DNA of 47,142 nt, taken from the NCBI GenBank assembly GCA_041476745.1, contig JBGOTY010000001.1, forward strand, positions 1 through 47,142, read 5' to 3'. The position numbers were made by a program, and so were the translations under genes. The notes beneath the pieces are model-generated. The model had not been told where the DNA came from and ran no database searches. It saw only the letters and a list, made by a program, of their open reading frames with translations. Positions 8,005 to 17,296 of the stretch are shown piece after piece. Source of the stretch: Verrucomicrobiia bacterium (GTDB lineage: Bacteria > Verrucomicrobiota > Verrucomicrobiia > Palsa-1439). Every line of letters begins with the position of its first letter. Position 1 is the first letter of the stretch.

Positions 8005-11000
8005 ATGTACAAATCAAGTACTGTTCGTGTCTCGTCTGTTCGTTCAACATCACTTCTACGTTCCGGACTCGCCCTCGCAGTCGTGGCGTCGTTGTTTGCG
8101 ACTAGCGCGCGGGCGGCGTTCAACGCCGACCTGCAGGCGCTATCGTTTGGCAGCACGAACTGGATGTCCGGCCATATATCGGGTTGGGCGGAGCTTGACC
8201 CGATACCCACGAGGGTGACGCTGGCCGGCGGCCCTGCCAGTAACAAGACCATTACGGTAAACTTTCCCCATGCTGGCGTCCAGAATCTCTTTTCGTTCAC
8301 GCCATCCGCCAACGTCGTGATTACGTCCGGGCCAACGCTCAGCGCGCCGAACTCCGGCAATTGGTCTTACTCATTCACAGTCAATCTGACCGATAACAAC
8401 CCAGGGGTCGTCGAGTTTCGCATGCTGTTAGGGGCCGGGGCGCACAACTTCGGGGGTTCCTCGCTGCAGGTGGACGGTAGCCCAGGGCTTAGCAAACTGT
8501 TTCTTTTTAAGCCGGCACCGGAGCCGGGCGCTCCTGACCTGGGTATCCTCAAAACTGGGGCTGCCAGCGCGAATCCCGGCTCTATCATCGCCTACAGCAT
8601 CACCTTCTCGAACAAGGTGAACGCCTCCACGGCCACGGGCGTGCAGATCGTCGACACGTTACCGGCTCAGGTCAGTTTTGTCGATTGCACCGGCGGCTGC
8701 CAATCCCTGGGCAATGAGGTGATCTGGGATCTTGGCGATGTGACACGCGGCTCGCATGGCGTCGTTACCTATCGCGTTGCTGTGACGAATGCCGTGACGA
8801 CCGGCTTCAGCTTCCAAAACGATGCCGTCATCGACGAAGCGGAAAACGACGCGAATTTGGCCGATAACACCTCGTCAGTCACAACCATGGTCACCTCCAA
8901 CTGCATCCCGCCGTCGATCGTCGCCCAGCCACTCGACACGGCTGAATGCGCCGGCGCTTCCGCATCGTTCACCGTTGCCGCCAACGGCAGTGCGACGTTG
9001 CAGTATCAATGGCGCAAGGACGGCGCGGCCATCAGCGGCGCCAACAGCGACACCCTCACGTTGAACCCGCTCAGTGCGGCCGATTCGGGTTCCTACGATG
9101 TCGTTATCAGCAACCTTTGCGGCACGGCGACGTCTTCGTCCGCCACGCTGATCGTCGGCGGCCCCGTAATCACATCCGATCCCGTCAGCGATTCAGAGTG
9201 CGTGGGCAATTCCGCCTCGTTCATGGTAGAGGCAAGCGGCGACCCGTTGACCTACCAATGGCGCAAGGATGGCGGGGACATCAGCGCCGCGACGAACAAC
9301 CTTTTTGAGATCGCCTCCGTTTCCGCGCCAGACGCGGGTGGTTACGACGTGGTGGTGAGCGGTACCTGTGGCAGCACGACCTCTGCCGTCGCAACGCTGT
9401 CCGTGAATTTGCCGACGATGATCAGCCAGGATCCGGCAGGCGTCACTGTCTGCGTGGGCGCGCCCGTGGTGTTGTCCGTCACGGCGAGCGGCTCGGCGTT
9501 GACATATCAGTGGCACAAGGACGGCAACGACATCCCCGGCGCAACCGACAGCACATACAGCATCGCGTCCTCCAGCGGAGCGGATGCGGGCTCATACGAT
9601 GTTACCGTGACCGGTGCATGCGGTTCTCCTGCGAATTCGGCTGCGGCCAGCGTGACTGTGAAATCCGCGCCGGTCGCCGCTGACGACAATTACTCGACCG
9701 CCGAAGACGTGCCCCTCAACGTTAGCGCCGTGGGTGTACTAGGCAACGATACAGATGGTGACGGAGATCCGCTGACGGCAGTGCTTGTCGACGGGCCGGC
9801 GCATGGCACCCTGACGTTAAACGCAGATGGGTCGTTCGCTTACACGCCGAACGCGCTCTTTTCAGGTGCGGACAGCTTCACCTATCGCGCCCAGGCAACT
9901 TGTGGTAGCTCCGACCCAGCCACGGTCAGCATTACGGTTACTCACGTCAATCACGCCCCGGTCGCAAGCGATGACAGCTACAACATGGCGCAAGATACAC
10001 AGTTGACGGTCTCTGCGTCCGGCGTGCTGGCCAACGACACCGATGTAGACGGCGACGCGTTGACCGCGATCCTCATCGACGGGCCCTCGCATGGCGTAGT
10101 GACGTTGAACCCTGACGGGTCGTTTACGTACACGCCGTTAGCGGGCTTTTCCGGTGCTGACGCCTTTACGTACGAGGCGAGCGACGGTTCGCTTCAGTCA
10201 GCCACCGCCACGGTGACCATCAATGTCGCTCACGTCAACCACTCACCCGTGGCCGTGGACGACAGCCTGACGATTGCGGAGAACAGCGGGTCTCACGCGA
10301 TCGACGTGCTGGCGAACGACTCCGACCCCGACGGTGACGCGCTTACGATTACCCTGACCAGCCAACCTGCCAACGGCTCAGTGGCCATCACAGGCGGCGG
10401 TACGGGGCTGACCTACACGCCGAACAGCGACTTCAGCGGCTCCGATCCGTTCACGTACACGATCAGCGACGGCAACGGTGGAACGGCGACAGCGACTGTC
10501 ACCGTGACGGTCATGCATGTTGCGGTTGCCCCAGTTGCGCAGGATGACTCATACCAGGTCCAGGAAAACGATACGTTGGAGGTCGCGGCTCCGGGTCTGC
10601 TGGCCAATGACACCAACACAGAAGCCACCGCGCTCACTGCGATTCTGGTTTCCTCGCCAACAAACGGCACTGTGACCCTCAACGCCGACGGCTCGTTCAC
10701 CTACGTGCCCGCGGACAACTACAGTGGCCCGGACAGCTTTACGTACAAAGCCAACAACGGGGCACTCGACTCCAACGTGGCGACTGTGCACATCAACGTG
10801 TTGGCCGTCCACGGTGCGGGAGACGTTGATCTGTTCGTCAAGTCCGCCGCGGCCAAGATTGACCGGGCGGCTGGTTCGCGCGACAGTATCATGCTTCGCG
10901 GCCAGGTCAATCCGCGTGGCATGAACACCAACCTGACCGGCGCGACGATCGCAGTGGAGATCAACGGCGTCAGTCTCGTGCCGCCCCAGACGCTCGACGC

Positions 11001-11724
11001 GCACGGTAGGGCCAAGGGCACGGTTGGCGCCATCAAGACGAGCTACCGGCTCCGGAACGCCAATGGTGCATACATTATCAAAGTCAGCGGCAGGGATCTC
11101 AGCCAGGTGCTCGGTTTGCCCAATCACACAGAAGCCGGTGTCACCGTGGTTACTGTGCGGCTAACGGTTAACGGCGCCGCACTTGAAATCCCCGTCACAA
11201 CTGCCAAGATCGAATGCCCCTTCCGCACCACAAAGGATCGCGCCAGTTCCGTTCGGTTCAACTTCCGCAAGAACCGCACGCTGACCGGTGCGTTCAACTC
11301 CAACAGGACCACTGCGGCTCAATCGGGTCGAGTGGCGGTGCGCATGCGGGGCGTCATCGAGACCGATGGCAGCGGGCCGATTATCCCAACCGGCGACGTC
11401 ACGATCCAAATCGACAACGCCCAGATCTCGCTGCCGGTTACCGAGCTGGTCGCCGCGGGCACGGACTACAAACTTCTCCCGCTGACTACGCCCTCTGCGG
11501 GAACGACGACCCTGACGAAATTCTCATTCCGAAATACGACACGCACGTTCGTCTTGAGCATTGCGTCCGGCGACATTCCTTTGCCCGCTCCAGGTCCTAA
11601 CGGTCCGGTGAAGTATCATTTGCCGGTGTTGATCACGGTGCAGACTGCCAACGGTCCAATGTTCTTCGAAAGCATCATTGAATTGAAGCGGACCCGCGGG
11701 ATGTCCACACGCTGGCAGCGATAA
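8005..11724 (+). CDS. large secreted surface/adhesin-like protein: N-terminal unknown domain, DUF11 repeat domain, 3 Ig-like repeats, 4 cadherin-like tandem-95 repeats, ~300-aa unknown C-terminal region
   Basis: 1239 aa. Signal peptide ...LALAVVASLFATSARA. DUF11-like segment DLGILKTGAASANPGSIIAYSITFSN...VQIVDTLPAQVSFV...VIWDLGDV. Ig repeats with (Q/T)YQW(R/H)KDG...D(S/A)G(S/G)YDV. Repeats APVAxDDxY...VLxNDTDxDGDxLTAxLxDGPxHGxxTLNxDGSFxYTP...G(A/P)DxFTY. Confidence 0.9.
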   Translation: MYKSSTVRVSSVRSTSLLRSGLALAVVASLFATSARAAFNADLQALSFGSTNWMSGHISGWAELDPIPTRVTLAGGPASNKTITVNFPHAGVQNLFSFTPSANVVITSGPTLSAPNSGNWSYSFTVNLTDNNPGVVEFRMLLGAGAHNFGGSSLQVDGSPGLSKLFLFKPAPEPGAPDLGILKTGAASANPGSIIAYSITFSNKVNASTATGVQIVDTLPAQVSFVDCTGGCQSLGNEVIWDLGDVTRGSHGVVTYRVAVTNAVTTGFSFQNDAVIDEAENDANLADNTSSVTTMVTSNCIPPSIVAQPLDTAECAGASASFTVAANGSATLQYQWRKDGAAISGANSDTLTLNPLSAADSGSYDVVISNLCGTATSSSATLIVGGPVITSDPVSDSECVGNSASFMVEASGDPLTYQWRKDGGDISAATNNLFEIASVSAPDAGGYDVVVSGTCGSTTSAVATLSVNLPTMISQDPAGVTVCVGAPVVLSVTASGSALTYQWHKDGNDIPGATDSTYSIASSSGADAGSYDVTVTGACGSPANSAAASVTVKSAPVAADDNYSTAEDVPLNVSAVGVLGNDTDGDGDPLTAVLVDGPAHGTLTLNADGSFAYTPNALFSGADSFTYRAQATCGSSDPATVSITVTHVNHAPVASDDSYNMAQDTQLTVSASGVLANDTDVDGDALTAILIDGPSHGVVTLNPDGSFTYTPLAGFSGADAFTYEASDGSLQSATATVTINVAHVNHSPVAVDDSLTIAENSGSHAIDVLANDSDPDGDALTITLTSQPANGSVAITGGGTGLTYTPNSDFSGSDPFTYTISDGNGGTATATVTVTVMHVAVAPVAQDDSYQVQENDTLEVAAPGLLANDTNTEATALTAILVSSPTNGTVTLNADGSFTYVPADNYSGPDSFTYKANNGALDSNVATVHINVLAVHGAGDVDLFVKSAAAKIDRAAGSRDSIMLRGQVNPRGMNTNLTGATIAVEINGVSLVPPQTLDAHGRAKGTVGAIKTSYRLRNANGAYIIKVSGRDLSQVLGLPNHTEAGVTVVTVRLTVNGAALEIPVTTAKIECPFRTTKDRASSVRFNFRKNRTLTGAFNSNRTTAAQSGRVAVRMRGVIETDGSGPIIPTGDVTIQIDNAQISLPVTELVAAGTDYKLLPLTTPSAGTTTLTKFSFRNTTRTFVLSIASGDIPLPAPGPNGPVKYHLPVLITVQTANGPMFFESIIELKRTRGMSTRWQR
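8900..9665 (+). repeat. three tandem Ig-like (I-set-like) coding repeats, ~255 nt each
   Basis: Three consecutive ~85-aa units, each with C..AS..F.V.A.G...L.YQW.KDG..I..A......I.S.S..D.G.YDV.V...CG...S..A.L.V. Confidence 0.8.
9666..10806 (+). repeat. four tandem ~95-aa cadherin-like (tandem-95 / VCBS-like) coding repeats
   Basis: Units start APVAADDNYS, APVASDDSYN, SPVAVDDSLT and APVAQDDSYQ. Each carries an ND(T/S)D.DGD-type motif (degenerate in the fourth unit) and ends in V(T/A/M)HV or LAV. Confidence 0.85.
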
Positions 11725-11950
11725 CCGCGTGACATTGAGGACGCGAAGCAGCCCTCGCTACCACCCAGGTGGGCGCTTCCCGTCCTCCTTGCTTGCGGCG
11801 CCAGCCGCAAGCAGTAGAAGCGGGCCGGGCCAGTTGGCGGCCCTGCCGTTGAGGTCGAACGCGAGGGACTGCGAGAAAGCGCGCAGCCGCGGGCACAGTT
11901 CACCGATTCTATTCGCAACGCCCGCGGCGACAGCCTCACTCGCGGGACCT

Positions 11951-13270
11951 TTATTTCGCGGCCGCCACGCCGGTCACCTCGGCGTTGTCCATGATGACGG
12001 GAGGGCCTTGCTGGGCGGTGATTTGCACGTTTTTGAATTGAATGCCCTTGGCGTTTTGGATCTTCAGGCCCGTGGTGGCTGAAGAGATGTGGACGTTTTC
12101 CAGCGTGACGTCGGAAATCAGGCTTTCCGGCAAACCAATGATGATCCCCGCTGATTTCTGGCAGGTGGCTGTCAGGTTGCTGATGTGGATGTTCCGATAG
12201 ATCGGGGTCCCGGTGGCAACGGGCTGGGCGGTGTCTTTGGTGGGCTCGGATTTTTGCTTCGCGTCCCCGGCGGAGTTAAACATGTAGTAGCTGGTCAAGG
12301 TAATGGCCGGATCGACGTTCTTCATGGTAATATCGCTGTAGCTGATGCTCTCCACAATACCACCCCTGCCCCGCTGTGATTTGATGCGAATTCCGTTCTC
12401 GGTATTTTCAAACGTGCAGTTCCGCACCGTCACGTTGCGCACGCCACCGGCCGTTTCACTGCCGATCGACATCCCGTGTCCGTGCAAGAAAACGCAGTCG
12501 GTGACAGTGATATTGTCGCAAGCGAATGGACGTCCCGGCATGGCCTTACCGGCCTTGATGGCGATGTTGTCGTCACCCACGTCGATGTGGCACTTCGTGA
12601 TCACCACGTTCCGGCAGGCGCTGGGATCGATCGCATCGGTATTCGCCGCATGGGCGGGAGCGAGAACAGTCACGTTCGAAACAATCACGCCATCGCAATC
12701 CGTGGGCACAAAATGAAACTTGGGCGAGTTTTGCAGGGTGATGTTTTCGACGCGCAAATTCGTGCAGCCCGTCAATACGACCAGGTTCGGGCGTGGCAGC
12801 GTATAGCCCGGAGTCTTTTGCCGGGCAGCCTCCGCGGGGATCCACCACTTGGCGCCTGAACCGTCAATAATTCCTTGACCGGTAATGGTGACGTCGTGAA
12901 GTTTTTTCCCGCTCACAAACGGGATGAAGGAATTAGAAGTACTCCCGGCAAAATCAGCGGGATCATCCGTCGCCAACAGCGTCGCGCCGACGTCCAGTTG
13001 TACCGTGGTACTGCTGCGGAGGACAATCGGTTTGCTCAGGTACGTGCCGGCCGTAAAACGCACGGTACCACCACCGGCCTTCCCGCATTCATCGAGCGCC
13101 TTCTGGATCGCGTCTGTATCCAACGTTTTGCCATCACCCTTCGCACCCGATTCTTTGACATCGAATACCCGCGACGGTGCGTTGTCCGCCGGGCTGGTCT
13201 TGATGAACAACAATGCTAGCGATAGCATCCCCAGCGTCATCAGAAACGTAGTTTTTCGGTTCAAATTCAT
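11951..13270 (-). CDS. glycoside hydrolase family 28 (polygalacturonase-like), secreted
   Basis: 439 aa. Signal peptide. FDVKESGAKGDGKTLDTDAIQKALDECGKAGGGTVRF. GH28 catalytic blocks NTDAIDP, GDDNIAIKAG, GHGMSIGSE and GIRIKSQRGRGG. Confidence 0.92.
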   Translation of the reverse strand: MNLNRKTTFLMTLGMLSLALLFIKTSPADNAPSRVFDVKESGAKGDGKTLDTDAIQKALDECGKAGGGTVRFTAGTYLSKPIVLRSSTTVQLDVGATLLATDDPADFAGSTSNSFIPFVSGKKLHDVTITGQGIIDGSGAKWWIPAEAARQKTPGYTLPRPNLVVLTGCTNLRVENITLQNSPKFHFVPTDCDGVIVSNVTVLAPAHAANTDAIDPSACRNVVITKCHIDVGDDNIAIKAGKAMPGRPFACDNITVTDCVFLHGHGMSIGSETAGGVRNVTVRNCTFENTENGIRIKSQRGRGGIVESISYSDITMKNVDPAITLTSYYMFNSAGDAKQKSEPTKDTAQPVATGTPIYRNIHISNLTATCQKSAGIIIGLPESLISDVTLENVHISSATTGLKIQNAKGIQFKNVQITAQQGPPVIMDNAEVTGVAAAK

Positions 13271-13296
13271 TGGCAGCTCTCCTCATGTATTGTTAT

Positions 13297-14601
13297 TCAC
13301 GGTAGCGACAGATTGGCGACGCGCAGAGAGGCAGTAGCCTCTGAGGCGATGATCGCTCCGCCCCTCAAATCCACCCAACCAAGCACTCCTTCATGGCCCG
13401 AAGGAATCGCGAAGTTCAGCGTATCCGTTCCACTACCGGAAACGTAGTCGGCGACCGCGGTGGATTTCATGGCGAGTTGCGGTTTGCCTTTCACCGTGAC
13501 GTTCTCGCTGAAGACAACTTCGAACCGGCCATTTTGTTGCGTGATTTTCTTAATCGTCGGGCCAGCCCGGCGTTCGGGATCCCATTTTCCCGCGAACGTC
13601 CACGCTGCTGTAATCTGCTCGGGCGTTGGTGAATTCGTCGCCGAGGAAATGTTGTCCCGATGCCACGCATAGTCGCCGCCATCGCGATGGCAGTTGTAGA
13701 AGTAGGCGCGCTCCCCCCAGATGTTGCTGGCATCCAAATCGTGGTTTCGCTTGGTGTCCGCCTCGCTCGGCGTACCATGATTCAACGGATAGATGACTCG
13801 TAGCGGCGGTCGATTGCTGAGCGTCTTTGAGAAACTACAGTCCAGTAGGAAAAACTGGGCATCATGGTGATGGCGAGCCAGAATCCAGCTCGGCACGTTC
13901 CCTACCCCGTCGAACCGACAGTTGCGCAGGACGAACTTCATGTCCGCGTCCCTGCTGCCGTCATGCCAGATGGTCGCGTCCGCGTTGGGATTGACCTGGT
14001 GGAACTCGCAATCGGTCATATAGCACCAGCCGCGCGGACACACGAAGTCCACCGACCCACGGATATCGAGCCGCGCCTGATACGATCGTGTGCTCAGCCC
14101 CTTTCCCAGCGCCAGCGTGTCGGCCCCTTGACTCCAGACGTTGCAGTCCACGATCACCGTCTTGTCGGCCTGACCGAAAATGGCAAAGGCATGGGGGCCG
14201 ATAACGCCATGCGTGTTCTTGACCGTCAGGTTCTCCAGCACGAAATCGCCGCCGTTGATATTGATGACCGCGCGCCCGATCTTGTCCGGTCGATTGGTAA
14301 AATCATCGGCCCCTTGTGCGAACTCGATGCGGGTGCCCTGACGGCTCTGTCCACGAAGCGTAACGCAGTCCGGTTCAATCCGCACTTTCTCGTGGTACAG
14401 ACCGTCTTTGATAAAAATGATCGTCCGCTGACGGTTATCACGCGGGACAGCGTCGATCGCTTCCTGAACGGTCTTGAAATCCCCACTGCCGTCGCCTGAG
14501 ACGGTTAGATCAGGCCGGACGGCAAGAGCCGTCTTGTCCTCGGCGAGGACAAACCTGACGGAGACCAGAGCAATCAAAATGAACGCAAGAGCGGATCTCA
14601 T
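13297..14601 (-). CDS. pectinesterase-like (CE8 fold) protein with divergent active-site motifs and C-terminal extension
   Basis: Start reassigned to ATG 14601 (MRSALAFILIALVSVRFVLA signal peptide), which forms an ATGA overlap with the stop of the upstream CE8 gene. DGSGDFKTVQEAIDAVP and GLYHEKV match CE8. The QDT, DFIFG and LGRPW positions read GADTL, VDFVCP and LARHH. Confidence 0.8.
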   Translation of the reverse strand: MRSALAFILIALVSVRFVLAEDKTALAVRPDLTVSGDGSGDFKTVQEAIDAVPRDNRQRTIIFIKDGLYHEKVRIEPDCVTLRGQSRQGTRIEFAQGADDFTNRPDKIGRAVININGGDFVLENLTVKNTHGVIGPHAFAIFGQADKTVIVDCNVWSQGADTLALGKGLSTRSYQARLDIRGSVDFVCPRGWCYMTDCEFHQVNPNADATIWHDGSRDADMKFVLRNCRFDGVGNVPSWILARHHHDAQFFLLDCSFSKTLSNRPPLRVIYPLNHGTPSEADTKRNHDLDASNIWGERAYFYNCHRDGGDYAWHRDNISSATNSPTPEQITAAWTFAGKWDPERRAGPTIKKITQQNGRFEVVFSENVTVKGKPQLAMKSTAVADYVSGSGTDTLNFAIPSGHEGVLGWVDLRGGAIIASEATASLRVANLSLP

Positions 14602-15620
14602 TTGTTCGTCTTCGGATTCCACCCATCCGCACCGCCGAGTACCTTTGGTACGGTGACGGCCTCCGCTTCCACCTTGGTCAATTGACGCGCCCACGGCACA
14701 CGCGCTTGCGGATTCGCGCCGGGGCCGCTGCTGTTGAACTCGGCGTAGCGTGCGGTTTTCTCGCGGGTCGGGTCTTTCCAATTGTTCCAGCCCACGTTGG
14801 TCACGACGCCGGACATCTCCGTGTTCAGGTACGTCACGCTGGAAAATGCACGCCAGGGCCGGCCCAGATAGGTCCTCACGCCGGGCGATTCGCCGGTAAT
14901 CCTGCAATTCGAGAAGACGAAGCCGAAAGGATGTTCCTCCGGTGTCGAAGCAGCGGTGACGTAACCGTTCGACAGGCAATGAATGTGGCAGTTCTCGAAG
15001 AACGCGGTTGCGCCGCCGAAAATGAAATCAACGTGGCCCGCGATGTAGCAATTCTCAAAATACTGGCGGCCGCGGTTCACCAGGATTGTGTCCTGCCAGC
15101 CGAGGAAACGACAGTTGCGAAACACCACCCGGTCGCCATCCACGCGGATCGCCAAAGCCTGCCCGACGTGGCCCGCGGAGTTTTCGAAGGTGATGTTTTC
15201 CACCGTGAAATCGTCCGCATCGATCACGGTCGATGGCGTGCGAAACGTGCCGATCGGCTTGCCGTCCACACCCAAAAGTTTCGCGTTGAGGTCGTACGTC
15301 AACACCGTCTTCTCCGCCTCTTCACCAATGAGATGGACGTAACGTTTCTCGTGCTGAACATGAATCAACTCTTTGTAAACCCCCGGCTTGACGTGTATGA
15401 CGCAGGGATTGGTGGAACTGGCGCTCTGCGGCGTGGCGTTAATCGCTTCCTGAACCGTCTTGAACTGGTTGCTGCCAATCGTCGCGGCAACCAGATTCGT
15501 CTGCGCCACCACTGGTCGGCTGGTGCCAATGTCGACCAGCAAGAGCAAACACAATACGAAGATTAGCGCGGGCCGCGCCGAAAAGACATCTTGTCTCACC
15601 GTCCCCTCCTGTTCTGTCAT
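14598..15620 (-). CDS. pectinesterase (carbohydrate esterase family 8), secreted
   Basis: 340 aa. FKTVQEAINATP, GVYKE, GQALAIRV, GWQDTIL, HVDFIFGG and YLGRPW give the full CE8 motif set. The start overlaps the upstream GH28 stop by 1 nt (TGATG at 15618..15622). Confidence 0.93.
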   Translation of the reverse strand: MTEQEGTVRQDVFSARPALIFVLCLLLLVDIGTSRPVVAQTNLVAATIGSNQFKTVQEAINATPQSASSTNPCVIHVKPGVYKELIHVQHEKRYVHLIGEEAEKTVLTYDLNAKLLGVDGKPIGTFRTPSTVIDADDFTVENITFENSAGHVGQALAIRVDGDRVVFRNCRFLGWQDTILVNRGRQYFENCYIAGHVDFIFGGATAFFENCHIHCLSNGYVTAASTPEEHPFGFVFSNCRITGESPGVRTYLGRPWRAFSSVTYLNTEMSGVVTNVGWNNWKDPTREKTARYAEFNSSGPGANPQARVPWARQLTKVEAEAVTVPKVLGGADGWNPKTNK

Positions 15621-17218
15621 CAGTCCGCCGGACTGTTGACCTTAACCTTTTCCACCGCCGTCTTCGCCAGCTTCAGGTCGTTGCCTTCCAGCGTTACCTT
15701 GTCCGCTGAGTTTTCACTCACGCGCAGAAATGTTTCCGTTTCCGGCGGGGCCGTACAGCCATGCACAAACACGCCTTTAACCTTGTCCAGATCAATGATC
15801 GGTGTTCCCGGGTGCGGCTTTGTGGTCTTGACCCCATCGATCTCCAGTCCCTCGGTGTTCGTAGCCCTGATAAGCGGCCCGCTCTCGGTGTTGACCTGGA
15901 CATTGTGGAATTCGATGCCTCTGGCGTCCCTCAGCGTAAAACCGGTTTTGGTTTCGAGTCGGATGTCGTCAAACGTAATATTCTCGAGAGGCATTTCCTC
16001 CAGGCCGGTCAGTTCGCCGGCGGTCTTCGCGTCGCCGGTGATGCCACTGAAATGGATGTTGCGAAAGATAGGCGTACGCTCCGACACGGGCTCGGGTGTC
16101 GTTTTCGTATAAAACGTTGTCAACAGAAACGCTTCGTCGCGGATATTTCGCATCACGATATTGCTCACGCGAATGTCCTCGATCACACCACCACGGCCAC
16201 GGGTGGATTTGATGCGGATGCCGCGATCGGTGCCGTCGAACACGCAATTGGCTACCGTGACATTCTTCACGCCGCCGGACATCTCACTACCGATCGACAG
16301 ACCGTGGCCTCGCAGCAGCGTGCAATTCACAATCGTGCAATTCTCCAGCGGCCGCCCGGCGCGCCGCCCGTTAGCGTCGCGGCCCGATTTGATGGTGATG
16401 CAGTCGTCTCCCACGCTGATGTAGCAATCGGAGATGCGAATATTGCGGCAGGAATCGGGGTTGATGCCGTCCGTGTTGGGCGACGTCGAGGGACTGATGA
16501 TGGTGACGCCACGGACGTTGACATTCTCACAAAAGACCGGTGTGACATTCCAAAATGGCGAGTTCCGGATCGTAACACCTTCGACCAGCACGTTACTGCA
16601 TTCATTCGGCTGGATGAATGGCGGCCGCAGGAAGCCGATGTCGAGCAGCCGGTAATTCAACTCGGCGATCGTGTCTTTGTTCAGGCGGCTGAACTCTTCC
16701 TGCCATTTGGTGCGCGGCACCGCATTGGTTCCCCGTGAAATCTTGCGGTAGAAGTCCCACCACGCCTGGCCCTGTCCGTCGAGCGTGCCCCGTCCGATGA
16801 TGGCGATGTCCTGCGCCTTGTAGGCATAAATTAACGGCGAGAAATTCGTCACGATGATTCCTTCCCACCGCGACAGCACCATCGGCAGGTAATCGTCGAA
16901 GTTGGTGCTGAACTTCAGCGTCGCGCCTGCATCCACGTAGAGAGTGATATGGCTCTGGAGGTGAATCGGGCCGGTCAGATACGTGCCGGCGGGAAAATAC
17001 ACCGTCCCGCCTCCTTTGGCTGAGGCCGCGTCGATGGCTTTGCCAATCGCTTCGGTACATTTCGCCTGCCCGTCCGGCAAGGCGCCAAAACTGAGAACAT
17101 TGAAGAAGCCAGCTGTGGGCGTCGTTTGCGCCACCACCATGGATGCGAAGACGATCCCCAAGGTCACCGATAGCATGGCTGCAATGCGACATGGAGTTGA
17201 TCGTATGATTTGTTTCAT
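15620..17218 (-). CDS. glycoside hydrolase family 28 (exo-polygalacturonase-like), secreted
   Basis: 532 aa. Signal peptide. FNVLSFGALPDGQAKCTEAIGKAIDAASAKGGGTVYFPAGTY. NTDGINPD, GDDCITIKSG, GHGLSIGSE and GIRIKSTRGRGG. Confidence 0.92.
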   Translation of the reverse strand: MKQIIRSTPCRIAAMLSVTLGIVFASMVVAQTTPTAGFFNVLSFGALPDGQAKCTEAIGKAIDAASAKGGGTVYFPAGTYLTGPIHLQSHITLYVDAGATLKFSTNFDDYLPMVLSRWEGIIVTNFSPLIYAYKAQDIAIIGRGTLDGQGQAWWDFYRKISRGTNAVPRTKWQEEFSRLNKDTIAELNYRLLDIGFLRPPFIQPNECSNVLVEGVTIRNSPFWNVTPVFCENVNVRGVTIISPSTSPNTDGINPDSCRNIRISDCYISVGDDCITIKSGRDANGRRAGRPLENCTIVNCTLLRGHGLSIGSEMSGGVKNVTVANCVFDGTDRGIRIKSTRGRGGVIEDIRVSNIVMRNIRDEAFLLTTFYTKTTPEPVSERTPIFRNIHFSGITGDAKTAGELTGLEEMPLENITFDDIRLETKTGFTLRDARGIEFHNVQVNTESGPLIRATNTEGLEIDGVKTTKPHPGTPIIDLDKVKGVFVHGCTAPPETETFLRVSENSADKVTLEGNDLKLAKTAVEKVKVNSPAD

Positions 17219-17296
17219 ATTAATCGAAATCTTACCCTTCTTTGAAAGAGATTGTCATCGTCTCCCACCACTGCCCCTTCCCCTCCGAGCACTTTC

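Noticed and set aside
8900-10806. Regular tandem repeats considered as a possible CRISPR or other non-coding array
   Set aside because: The periods are ~255 and ~285 nt, with no short conserved repeat and variable spacer structure. The repeats are in-frame protein domains (Ig-like and cadherin-like) within one long ORF.
11790-11813. 10-bp-stem hairpin TGCTTGCGGC-GCCA-GCCGCAAGCA between the convergent adhesin-like and GH28 genes, considered as a terminator
   Set aside because: There is no U-tract on either strand. It may still act as a bidirectional stem-loop, but the evidence is too weak to annotate.
14602-14979. N-terminal 126-codon extension of ORF 13297..14979
   Set aside because: The extension overlaps the 3' end of the canonical CE8 gene in another frame and is Arg-rich. 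An internal ATG at 14601 is followed immediately by a signal peptide and forms an ATGA stop/start overlap.
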